In this document: positions 1 through 7,429 of the stretch, in pieces
How the letters are laid out: every line of letters starts with the position of its first letter
Numbering within the stretch: position 1 is the first letter of the stretch
Origin: Candidatus Microgenomatus sp.
GTDB lineage: Bacteria > Patescibacteriota > Minisyncoccia > UBA6257 > GWB1-50-10
Assembly: GCA_020724805.1 (NCBI GenBank)
Contig: DYGI01000001.1
Location: 175,157-239,156 of the forward strand
Direction: 5' to 3'
Length of the DNA stretch: 64,000 bases
Made by a program: the position numbers and the translations under genes
Notes under the pieces: model-generated
Seen by the model: only the letters and a program-made list of their open reading frames with translations
Databases searched by the model: none
What the model was told of the DNA's origin: nothing

Positions 1-2
1 AG

Positions 3-449
3 GCCATTGATCACGAAGTGGAAGGCACCCACGTGGAATTGGGGAGAAAACTTCTGAAAAAATACGGCGTGGACGAACGGGTCATTCGAGGCATGGAAGC
101 CCACCACGAGGAATACCCGTATGCAAGTCCCGAGGCATATATCATTGCGGCGGCTGACGCGATTTCGGCGGCGCGTCCCGGAGCGCGGCGCGACACACTC
201 GAGAAATACGTGAAGCGTTTGGAGACCATCGAGAAAGTGGTGAAGGAATTTGAGGGAGTGAACCAGGCGTATGCGGTTGCCGCGGGACGCGAAGTGCGCG
301 TTTTCGTGGTGCCGGAGAAAATAGACGATTTCGGCGCACTCGAACTCGCGAAAAAAATCGCGGGAAAGATACAGTCGGACGTGGATTACCCCGGTGAGAT
401 AAAAGTGACAGTCATCCGTGAGGTACGGGCAGTGGAATACGCCAGATAG
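3..449 (+). CDS. rny: Ribonuclease Y, C-terminal part (5' truncated by window)
   Basis: HD-domain tail (EAHH...AADAISAARPGARR) and RNase Y C-terminus (AGREVRVFV...YPGEIKVTVIRE). Confidence 0.95.
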   Translation, partial: AIDHEVEGTHVELGRKLLKKYGVDERVIRGMEAHHEEYPYASPEAYIIAAADAISAARPGARRDTLEKYVKRLETIEKVVKEFEGVNQAYAVAAGREVRVFVVPEKIDDFGALELAKKIAGKIQSDVDYPGEIKVTVIREVRAVEYAR

Positions 450-471
450 CTAGCATTGACGCGGGAAATTG

Positions 472-480
472 TGGTATACT
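472..480 (+). promoter_or_regulatory. Extended -10 promoter (TGgTATACT) for hup
   Basis: TGnTATACT 46 nt before the hup ATG. Confidence 0.5.
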
Positions 481-526
481 GGCGGCGGAAATCAAAGGTC
501 GGACCAGATTTTAAAAACAGCAACCT

Positions 527-802
527 ATGAAAAAAGATGGATTGGTTGAGGCAGTAATGAGCGCCTCTGGGATCGAAACGAAGAAGCAGGCGCAGATGGC
601 AGTCGAGGCGGTCTTTGACGCAATCGTGAAGACCTTGGGTCGCGGTGAAGAAGTCGCCGTGAGCGGCTTTGGAACGTTCCGCGTGGTGAAGCGCGCAGCG
701 CGCATGGGGGTGAACCCCAAGACCGGCGAGAAGATCCAGATCAAGGCATCCACGAAACCAAAGTTCCGCGCAGGGAAGCTCCTCAAGGAAGCGGTTCTCT
801 AG
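527..802 (+). CDS. hup: HU family DNA-binding protein
   Basis: GFGTF...R.G.NPKTGEKIQI..PKFRAGK signature, 91 aa. Confidence 0.96.
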   Translation: MKKDGLVEAVMSASGIETKKQAQMAVEAVFDAIVKTLGRGEEVAVSGFGTFRVVKRAARMGVNPKTGEKIQIKASTKPKFRAGKLLKEAVL

Positions 803-834
803 ATTCTCCTCAGTGAGGCCTCACCGAGGAGCCA

Positions 835-865
835 AAACAAAAAACCCCTTTCGGGGTTTTTTGTT
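835..865. terminator. Bidirectional intrinsic terminator
   Basis: aacaaaaaacccc-tttc-ggggttttttgtt between convergent genes. Confidence 0.8.
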
Positions 866-1733
866 ATTTCAATATCTTTTTCACCTCCACACTCATCTCG
901 ATGAAGGAGAGATAAGCGGCTTTCACTTTTTCAAGTGAGTTGCGTACTTCGTCGCGGATGGTGGGAACGACGACTGCTTCAGTGCTCGTAGCGACCGGTT
1001 CTGTGCTGGTTGCCGTCAACTCCGGCGATCCCCCTTCTTCCGCGATTTCGACGGGAGGAGCGAGGCGGGAGAGAAGAAGACGGTGTGCGCGTTCATACGC
1101 CTCTTTCGCGTCGCCGAGGGAAATCCGCGCGTTTTTAAGATGAGTTGAGAGCGTTTCGGTACCTCGTATCTTGGCGCGTTCCAATTTTGCGACGTCGCTT
1201 GCGATCTTCGTAAGGCGGGAATCAGCCACTTTAAGTGCGCGCGCCTGCCCGGCGACGAGAAGAAATTCTTCCGCCTCGTTCACGATCGGCGCCAACGACA
1301 CCTCCCGCCATTCCTTGAAGGATGCGGCGAGGTTTTTTACACCTTGAAGGTCGAGCGGGGTTGTGGTGGTAGTGAGTGCTCCAAACACCTCTTTGTAATG
1401 GTTTTCCGCCGCGGCAATTCCATCCTCTACTCGGGTTCGCCATGCGGCGAGTACTTCTTTCTCAATGCCTTCAAGTTCGGTGGAGAGGAGTTTCACTTTC
1501 AGCGTTTTTGCCTCTTCCGCGGAAAACTCAAGCACCTTTTTGAACGCTTGGATGCGGAGCACCAGGTCGTCTGCAAGGTTCTCGTCTTTCGCGGACACTA
1601 GATCGTCCAATTTCGTTTTCACCTCTTCGAATGCTTTTTGGACTGCGGGCGCCTGTGCAGAAGCTGTTGGTGTTGCCATCACTACCAGCGTGGAAGCGAG
1701 AAACATCGCGATGAGAAAAGAAAGGTATCTCAT
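864..1733 (-). CDS. Secreted helical hypothetical protein (third gene of ECF operon)
   Basis: Signal peptide ending ASA-QA; coiled-coil-like; ATST repeats near the C-terminus; start moved to MRYLSF. Confidence 0.7.
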   Translation of the reverse strand: MRYLSFLIAMFLASTLVVMATPTASAQAPAVQKAFEEVKTKLDDLVSAKDENLADDLVLRIQAFKKVLEFSAEEAKTLKVKLLSTELEGIEKEVLAAWRTRVEDGIAAAENHYKEVFGALTTTTTPLDLQGVKNLAASFKEWREVSLAPIVNEAEEFLLVAGQARALKVADSRLTKIASDVAKLERAKIRGTETLSTHLKNARISLGDAKEAYERAHRLLLSRLAPPVEIAEEGGSPELTATSTEPVATSTEAVVVPTIRDEVRNSLEKVKAAYLSFIEMSVEVKKILK

Positions 1734-1737
1734 AGGT

Positions 1738-2193
1738 CTATTCAAGCACTTTATCAAGGAGCACGTCTATGTCGCTCGAGGAGCTTGCAGCTTCGAGTGA
1801 AGAGAATTCCGAGGAGAGCACGGAAGAATTCAAATGGGCTCCCTCAGTTTCGGTGATTTCGGCAATGGCGGACTCAAGCGTCCGTTCAGTCGAGGCTCGA
1901 TAGGTAAGTTCCTGAAGTTCAATATTGATAGGAAGTTCGGCGAGTTCTCCGGAGAGAAGTTCCTCGTTGAGCGAGGCGGAAAGGGTGGGTTTGGCGGGGA
2001 GCGAAAAGGTTGCCACGAAAAGGAACATAAGCGCGAATGTGAGCGCGCCCGCCCATTCAAGAGAGCGCCAGGGGCTTGCGGTGATGCGCGGTTCAAGCGC
2101 GGCAAGGAGACGCGTGCGACCGTGCGCCATAAGCGCAGGGTGCGGCCTTACGCGTTTCAAAGCTTTTAGTTGTGCGGCGATGTGATTCGTCAT
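1738..2193 (-). CDS. Single-pass membrane protein, probable anti-sigma factor
   Basis: 4-nt overlap with the ECF sigma gene; short cytoplasmic N-terminus plus one TM helix. Confidence 0.6.
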   Translation of the reverse strand: MTNHIAAQLKALKRVRPHPALMAHGRTRLLAALEPRITASPWRSLEWAGALTFALMFLFVATFSLPAKPTLSASLNEELLSGELAELPINIELQELTYRASTERTLESAIAEITETEGAHLNSSVLSSEFSSLEAASSSSDIDVLLDKVLE

Positions 2194-2744
2194 GTTCTTT
2201 CGCGAGGGTTCTTTTCGTGTAATTCTTTGAGCTTTTTCAGTGCGCGGTGCTGGATGACGCGAACCGCTCCTTCCGTTTTTCCCAGCGCTTCCGCGATCTC
2301 CTTGTTCGTCATGTCGTCCACGAATTTCATGAGGAGCACGTTTTGTTGGTCGTGCTCGAGATTGGTAAGCATGACCCGGACGTGATGAAGGTCAATTGCG
2401 GTATCCACCGCTTCTCCCATCCCATCAGGTTCCGAAAGCGCCTCTTCCGGGATAGCCTCGAGGGGTGCATGGGTCCTGGCGGTGCGGTAGTGGTCGATGA
2501 CCGCGTTTGTGGCGATGCGGTAGAGCCAGGACCCGAATGGGAACCCGCGTGATTCATAACGGTGGAGATTCTGCCACGCATTCATGAATATCTGGTGGGT
2601 CAGGTCCTCGGCATCCTCCTTCTGGCGCGTGCGGAGAAGCACGAACCGGTAGATGCGGGGCATATAGAGGTCATAGAGCGCCCCAAACGAGGCCGCGTCG
2701 CCGCCCTTTGCTTTCGAAATGAGCTCTTCTTCTCTTTCCCTCAT
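2190..2744 (-). CDS. ECF-type sigma-70 RNA polymerase sigma factor
   Basis: Region 2 (DAEDLT..F..AW, SWLYRIATN..IDHYR) and region 4 (EIAEALGKTEGAVRVIQHRAL). Confidence 0.95.
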   Translation of the reverse strand: MREREEELISKAKGGDAASFGALYDLYMPRIYRFVLLRTRQKEDAEDLTHQIFMNAWQNLHRYESRGFPFGSWLYRIATNAVIDHYRTARTHAPLEAIPEEALSEPDGMGEAVDTAIDLHHVRVMLTNLEHDQQNVLLMKFVDDMTNKEIAEALGKTEGAVRVIQHRALKKLKELHEKNPRERT

Positions 2745-2747
2745 ACG

Positions 2748-2801
2748 CTAGAACGATGGCGCAAAGCGCTTTGTTTCTCTATGAATGAACGATAGCTTCA
2801 T
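2748..2801 (-). CDS. Putative 17-aa upstream peptide (MKLSFIHRETKRFAPSF)
   Basis: ATG..TAG ending 3 nt before the sigma ATG; starts 7 nt after a candidate ECF -10. Confidence 0.3.
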   Translation of the reverse strand: MKLSFIHRETKRFAPSF

Positions 2802-2861
2802 GGTGTTGTAACGTTACACGCTTCTCGTGAGCGTTACAAGCGGTTTCGGTAATAAATATAG

Positions 2862-2936
2862 CCCTTCGATGAACTCAGGGTACTTAGCCTGGCCCGCCAG
2901 TGTTTACACTGAGCAAGCGTAAGCGAGTCGAAGTGT
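2862..2936. repeat. REP-like CTTCGA..CTCAG repeat pair
   Basis: cccttcgatgaactcaggg plus inverted unit cactgagc...gtcgaagtg; same family at 16819, 39816, 46026, 55641. Confidence 0.6.
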
Positions 2937-3115
2937 GCGGGATGGGAGAGATCGGCTTCGCCTCTCGCTTCGCTCGGGCCCCTCGGTCATGAGTCCTCGG
3001 GGTCGAATGACTAGCCACCGCCTCGCCGTGCCTGCGGCACATGCTCCGGCGTTCGATTCTCCACGCGAGCCAAGCAGTTGGCTCGCTCATCCGCAATATA
3101 GAATGTACTTATTAG
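2935..3115 (-). repeat. tRNA-Gly-linked structured element with duplicated tRNA 3' end
   Basis: gtgcgggatgggaga at 2935-2949 and 3115-3129; inverted T-arm copy gttcgattctcc at 3051-3062. Confidence 0.8.
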
Positions 3116-3186
3116 TGCGGGATGGGAGAATCGAACTCCCGCTCTCAGTTTGGAAAACTGACGTTCTGCCACTAAACTAATCCCGC
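3116..3186 (-). tRNA. tRNA-Gly(TCC), no encoded CCA
   Basis: Cloverleaf GCGGGAT..TTTCCAA loop..GTTCGATTC..ATCCCGCA. Confidence 0.95.
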
Positions 3187-3274
3187 TTCTTCAGGGCTAG
3201 AATACACAATAAATCACGCGAGGTACAGGGTTCTAATTTGCCGAGGATGACGCCCGTAGGATATGATGGGCTCG

Positions 3275-3886
3275 ATGAATTTTGCGAAGCTCAAAACACC
3301 AAAAATACTGATGCGTGCCGCACTCCTTCTTGTAGGGGTGGGGCTGCTCGCGTATTTGGTGGGTTCGAGTGTGGCGGCATCGCGCCTCCCCGAGGAATTT
3401 GTGCGCGCACGTCAAAATGCCGCACTTACAAGTCAGGACATCGTGGACCTCACCAAACTCACGAGCGAACGACTTGCCGAAGTGAATCTTTTGGAGTTGA
3501 AGGGCGACATCGTGCGGGCGCTTACGGTGGTTGCAGATGCGCGCACTTCAAACCAAGCCGCCTACAGTAAGGCGTTCGAGCTTACTCAGGATCTCCAAGA
3601 GCTTGCGAAGTCGCTCGGTGGAGTCCCTTCGATAGCCAAGCAGCGGGAGGGTTCCGAGGCAGTTGCCATTGAACTTTCGCTTGTGTCCGAGTTTATCATC
3701 TATACCCAGAAGGTGGATACATTTTTGGACGCACTTGAACGCGCCATTCGTTTCAATGTTGAATCGAATCGCGCTGCTGCGGCGGCCGCACTCGACGAGG
3801 TGAACGCGAAGGTGGTCTCTATCAACGCGCTGAATAATGCGTTTCGGAGAGCCATAGGAACCTTCGACGCTCCGGAAGGGGAATAG
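3275..3886 (+). CDS. Membrane-anchored helical hypothetical protein
   Basis: N-terminal TM helix then amphipathic helices; ATG 7 nt after TATGAT (alternative start 3263). Confidence 0.7.
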   Translation: MNFAKLKTPKILMRAALLLVGVGLLAYLVGSSVAASRLPEEFVRARQNAALTSQDIVDLTKLTSERLAEVNLLELKGDIVRALTVVADARTSNQAAYSKAFELTQDLQELAKSLGGVPSIAKQREGSEAVAIELSLVSEFIIYTQKVDTFLDALERAIRFNVESNRAAAAAALDEVNAKVVSINALNNAFRRAIGTFDAPEGE

Positions 3887-3968
3887 AAGGCGTTCCCGGC
3901 GATACGGCAAAAAAAGAGCCCGCGACCTACTTGGTCGGGGCTCACACGTCTTGTTGCGCGCACCTTTT

Positions 3969-4466
3969 TCACGGACGCCTCTTCCGGCCTTCCTTACATC
4001 CGGTGCACTTCGTGGCAACGGGAACCGCTTCGAGTCGCTCTTTGGGGATGAGCTCTCCGCACGATTCACACACGCCGTATGCTTTTTTCCCCATCCTTTG
4101 GAGTAGGACTCCTACCGTCACAGGTTGATGCTCCGCATGAAGCGATTCGACACACAGAATGGTCTTCCCAAGCAACTTCTCCGCATCGAGGAGGGAATTG
4201 CAAAAATTCGCTCCCTTGTCGGATATTATTCCAGCGACCTCCCTGTCCTGGGATTCTCCCCCTCCCTCCATATGGCTGGAGTATATATTCGATTCGAAGT
4301 GCTCGCGGAGCGACGCTCCGATCGGTTCGTAGGTATCCACGGTTTCCATTTTCCTTATATCCATGAGTTTGCGGAGTCCGTGGAGTGTGGAGAGACTGTG
4401 GAACATCGTGACGCCATTTCCGCCTGATGGGGGAATGCGTGTTGCAGCTAGAGCCGTTTTACCCAT
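3969..4466 (-). CDS. TraR/DksA C4-type zinc-finger protein
   Basis: YGVCESCGELIPKERLEAVPVATKCTGC; SD GGGAGG upstream. Confidence 0.8.
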   Translation of the reverse strand: MGKTALAATRIPPSGGNGVTMFHSLSTLHGLRKLMDIRKMETVDTYEPIGASLREHFESNIYSSHMEGGGESQDREVAGIISDKGANFCNSLLDAEKLLGKTILCVESLHAEHQPVTVGVLLQRMGKKAYGVCESCGELIPKERLEAVPVATKCTGCKEGRKRRP

Positions 4467-4531
4467 GGTACCTCCCTTGATGCTTGTGATGGATAGAATC
4501 GTGAATTACTAGGCCAATGTGTAGGTGGCCT

Positions 4532-4585
4532 TCATTCGCGCCGCACGACTCCCTCCACCGCGTACTCTCGTACCGGTTGGTGCAT
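4532..4585 (-). CDS. Putative 17-aa small ORF (MHQPVREYAVEGVVRRE)
   Basis: Strong SD-like AAGGAGGGAG before the ATG; upstream of the DksA-like gene. Confidence 0.25.
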   Translation of the reverse strand: MHQPVREYAVEGVVRRE

Positions 4586-4713
4586 AGGAATCTCCCTCCT
4601 TTCCAATGAGAATTTAGGAACCTCACTTACGATACTATGCAAGACAAATGTGTCAATTATGGTAGGCACATTCAGCCTGCTGGCTTCAGTACTTCCTTAC
4701 CTTCGTGCGTCAG

Positions 4714-4784
4714 TCGGGGCGCCGAGAGTCGAACTCGGTCTACCTGCTCCCAAAGCAGGCGTACTGCCGTCATACGCCGCCCCG
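4714..4784 (-). tRNA. tRNA-Pro(TGG), atypical core bases, no encoded CCA
   Basis: CGGGGCG acceptor, TTTGGGA loop, GTTCGACTC T-arm. Confidence 0.85.
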
Positions 4785-4831
4785 TACCCGTTTACCTTAC
4801 GCACTTTTTCATTTACCATCAACCTGAATCG

Positions 4832-4903
4832 CCCCCCGTAGCACAATGGATAGTGCAGGGCTCTTCTAAGGCCTTGATGTGGGTTCGATTCCTACCGGGG
4901 GGA
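4832..4903 (+). tRNA. tRNA-Arg(TCT), no encoded CCA
   Basis: Cloverleaf, CTTCTAA loop, GGTTCGATTCC T-arm. Confidence 0.93.
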
Positions 4904-4971
4904 CAAGCAAGGAAATATGCGAAAGGCATATTTTCGAGCGCGGGCGCCTGGCCGTAAGTACCGGGGACAAG
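4904..4971 (+). repeat. tRNA-Arg-linked short element with duplicated 3' end
   Basis: taccggggacaag (4959-4971) repeats the tRNA end taccggggggacaag; internal gaaatatgc..gcatattttc hairpin. Confidence 0.65.
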
Positions 4972-4987
4972 TAAGGGAATTAATCAC

Positions 4988-5725
4988 ATGTTTTTAACGA
5001 TTCTTGGCGCAAGCATAATCGGAAGTGTAGTTGCCCTTTCTGGAGGCGCGCTCCTGTTGTGGCGCGCGGAAAAAGCGCGGAAAATCTCGCTCGTCCTCGT
5101 GAGCTTCGCGGCGGGCGCACTTCTTGGCGCGGCGTTCTTCGACCTCCTTCCCGAGATGCACGAAGTGCTTCCCACGAGCGCGGTGTATGGAAGCGTGGTA
5201 GTCGGGATTCTCATTCTCCTTTTCTTCGAAAAATTTCTGAAGTGGTATCACTGTCACGACAAAACGGTGTGCGAGTATCACACATTCTCAAGCTCAATTC
5301 TTTTTGGCGATGCGGTCCACAATTTTCTTGACGGGGTCGCGATTGCCGCGAGCTTTTTTGTGAGTGTGCCGGTAGGAATTGCCACCACGGTCGCAGTGTT
5401 TTTCCATGAGGTACCTCAGGAAATAGGGGACTTCGGCGCACTTCTCCATGCGGGTTATTCGCGGGCGAAGGTGTGGTGGCTGAACGTCGCGACCTCACTG
5501 GCGACGCCAATCGGCGCCGTGCTCGCGTATTTTTTTCTCCCGTTCTTCCAAAATTTCCTCGGTTACTTCCTTGGAGTTGCGGCGGGAGCGTTCATTTACA
5601 TTGCGGTTTCCGACTTGATGCCCGAGATTCGGCATCACGCGGCGCCGAAGGAATTCCTCCATTTTTTCATGATCCTACTCGGCATCGTATCTATTATTCT
5701 TGTGGGACTGGTAGTGCCGGAGTAA
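4988..5725 (+). CDS. ZIP family metal (Zn/Fe) transporter
   Basis: HNFLDG and HEVPQEIGDF motifs, HCH loop, multiple TM helices. Confidence 0.93.
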   Translation: MFLTILGASIIGSVVALSGGALLLWRAEKARKISLVLVSFAAGALLGAAFFDLLPEMHEVLPTSAVYGSVVVGILILLFFEKFLKWYHCHDKTVCEYHTFSSSILFGDAVHNFLDGVAIAASFFVSVPVGIATTVAVFFHEVPQEIGDFGALLHAGYSRAKVWWLNVATSLATPIGAVLAYFFLPFFQNFLGYFLGVAAGAFIYIAVSDLMPEIRHHAAPKEFLHFFMILLGIVSIILVGLVVPE

Positions 5726-5748
5726 AACCAGCAATTTGTATTTAGAAC

Positions 5749-5774
5749 AAAAAACCGCCATACGGCGGTTTTTT
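5749..5774. terminator. Bidirectional intrinsic terminator
   Basis: aaaaaaccgcc-atac-ggcggtttttt. Confidence 0.8.
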
Positions 5775-5778
5775 GTCT

Positions 5779-5930
5779 TTGTGCCGCGGGAGGGAATCGC
5801 CTGCAAGTTCCTCTCTGCGGACTCGCAGGCCGCCCCTCGGTCGCATGCGCGACCTGCGGTCTTCGATTTCCGATCACGAGTCGCCCCGCGGCTCGCTTCC
5901 CGCGTGACTGCGTTCACTAGCGTTCTCTTG
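5779..5930 (-). repeat. tRNA-Phe-linked structured element with duplicated 3' end
   Basis: 21-bp direct repeat ttgtgccgcgggagggaatcg at 5779-5799 and 5928-5948; inverted copy ttcgatttcc..tcccgcg at 5862-5904. Confidence 0.8.
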
Positions 5931-6002
5931 TGCCGCGGGAGGGAATCGAACCCCCGACGCCAGCCTCTTCAGGGCTGCGCTCTACCACTGAGCTACCGCG
6001 GC
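5931..6002 (-). tRNA. tRNA-Phe(GAA), no encoded CCA
   Basis: GCCGCGGTAGCTCAG..CTGAAGA loop..GGTTCGATTCC. Confidence 0.95.
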
Positions 6003-6120
6003 AAGTGATGAGCGAAATGTGCAAAATGAATATATCAAACTTTCCCCGCTTAATAAAGGAAGTTTGACACATCATTATTTTTATGTTTTACTCAACACGG
6101 CACATATCGGAGGAGACACT

Positions 6121-6498
6121 ATGGAAATCAATCATGGTCCAACCGTACTCGTGGTGGACGACGATGTCGCGTTTCAGGAAGTTCTCCAGTATTGGGGTTC
6201 GATGAGCGGCGTGAAAATAATTTCCGCGCTCACCACCGACGAAGGGCTCGAGAATTTCGAAGAATCGCGCCCGAATGTGATCGCAATGGATGGGCAAATT
6301 CCGGGGAGTGTGGATTCCTTGGAATTAGTGCGCATGATGCGGGCGAGAGGATTCGATGATCACATCATCGCAATCTCGAGCTACTCCGAAGTTCGGAAGA
6401 AGTTTATGGCCGGGGGAAGCAAGGAAGGATGCGACCTGGAGTGCGAGAAAGCAAACCTCACCTCCATGCTCGAGAATGTTCTCGACCTTCACCTTTGA
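6121..6498 (+). CDS. Stand-alone response regulator receiver (CheY-like)
   Basis: VLVVDDD, phospho-acceptor D in MDGQIP, IIAISS; SD AGGAGA before ATG 6121. Confidence 0.8.
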   Translation: MEINHGPTVLVVDDDVAFQEVLQYWGSMSGVKIISALTTDEGLENFEESRPNVIAMDGQIPGSVDSLELVRMMRARGFDDHIIAISSYSEVRKKFMAGGSKEGCDLECEKANLTSMLENVLDLHL

Positions 6499-6567
6499 GG
6501 TAACCATATTCCACGCGCATTTCGCGCGTGGAGCAGAAAACGCCTGGTAGGACGATTGCACCGGGCG

Positions 6568-7227
6568 TTATTTTTTTTCGGCGTGGAAGTCCACTTCTCC
6601 CTCTTCGTCCAGTTGAATTTTGTTGCCGGCCTGGAACGATTTTTGGAGTATTTTCTTAAGGAAGTGCTCGCCCGCGAAAATCAGGATCATCGTAATGAGA
6701 ATGCCGATTTCTATCTGGCGAAACACTTTTTCGGTACGAAGGTAACTGAAGCCGGAGGCAAGGAAGTATGCTATGGCGGTTGCGGAGAAAAACCAGAGCA
6801 TCACACTTGTGAGTTGGGATTTCATGAATCGCCAAAACCCCACCTTCGACCAACTTACCGCGAGTACTGCAAATATGTTCGCGGCGACGAGGAATTTTGA
6901 GATAATCATCAATTTATTGATGTTCTCCTTCACGTAGTACATGTAGAACTGTGCTCGGCGGCTATGCTTCATTTTCATGTACCACCGCCATCCGAGGCGG
7001 GTGTTCCGCACTACGCGTCCGAGAAGGTAGAGGAGCGTATCACCTACGATGAGTGAAGTTACGGCCGGAATGATGAATCCACCCCACGTGAGACTGCCGC
7101 CGACGACAAGGAAGACGGCCACGAGCACGACCACTTCGCCCTGGAAAAGGATGGCGAGCGCGATGATCCAGTGGCTCCACTCGGGGTACTGGAGCACGAG
7201 TTCGCCTAAGTTATCGAGGATTCCCAT
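6568..7227 (-). CDS. DedA/VTT-like membrane protein
   Basis: GE..V, GD.LLYLLGR, IISKF motifs and TM pattern. Confidence 0.7.
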   Translation of the reverse strand: MGILDNLGELVLQYPEWSHWIIALAILFQGEVVVLVAVFLVVGGSLTWGGFIIPAVTSLIVGDTLLYLLGRVVRNTRLGWRWYMKMKHSRRAQFYMYYVKENINKLMIISKFLVAANIFAVLAVSWSKVGFWRFMKSQLTSVMLWFFSATAIAYFLASGFSYLRTEKVFRQIEIGILITMILIFAGEHFLKKILQKSFQAGNKIQLDEEGEVDFHAEKK

Positions 7228-7275
7228 GAAATATTGCCCCCATCGGGGACCCGTACTATTATACGGGAGTCAGAT

Positions 7276-7350
7276 GGTGCCCGTAGTTCAATGGCAGAAC
7301 GCCTCTCTGTGGAGGAGGTCACGTGGGTTCGATTCCCATCGGGCACCCCA
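7276..7350 (+). tRNA. tRNA-His(GTG) with G-1 and encoded CCA
   Basis: G-GTGCCCG..CTGTGGA loop..CGGGCACC-CCA. Confidence 0.95.
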
Positions 7351-7429
7351 GTAACAAGTCGTCCTTTCGCTGTGTTATCCTTTATAGGTAAAGGGTCGAC
7401 ACACGAAAGTCGGAAACCGTATATCTACC

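Noticed and set aside
4620-4713. Trailing element after tRNA-Pro (and after tRNA-His at 7351)
   Set aside because: No second copy of either tRNA 3' end found downstream.
5779-5948. tRNA 3' duplications as prophage/island att sites
   Set aside because: Intervals under 200 bp, no integrase or cargo, and an internal antisense copy; reported as a distinct element instead.
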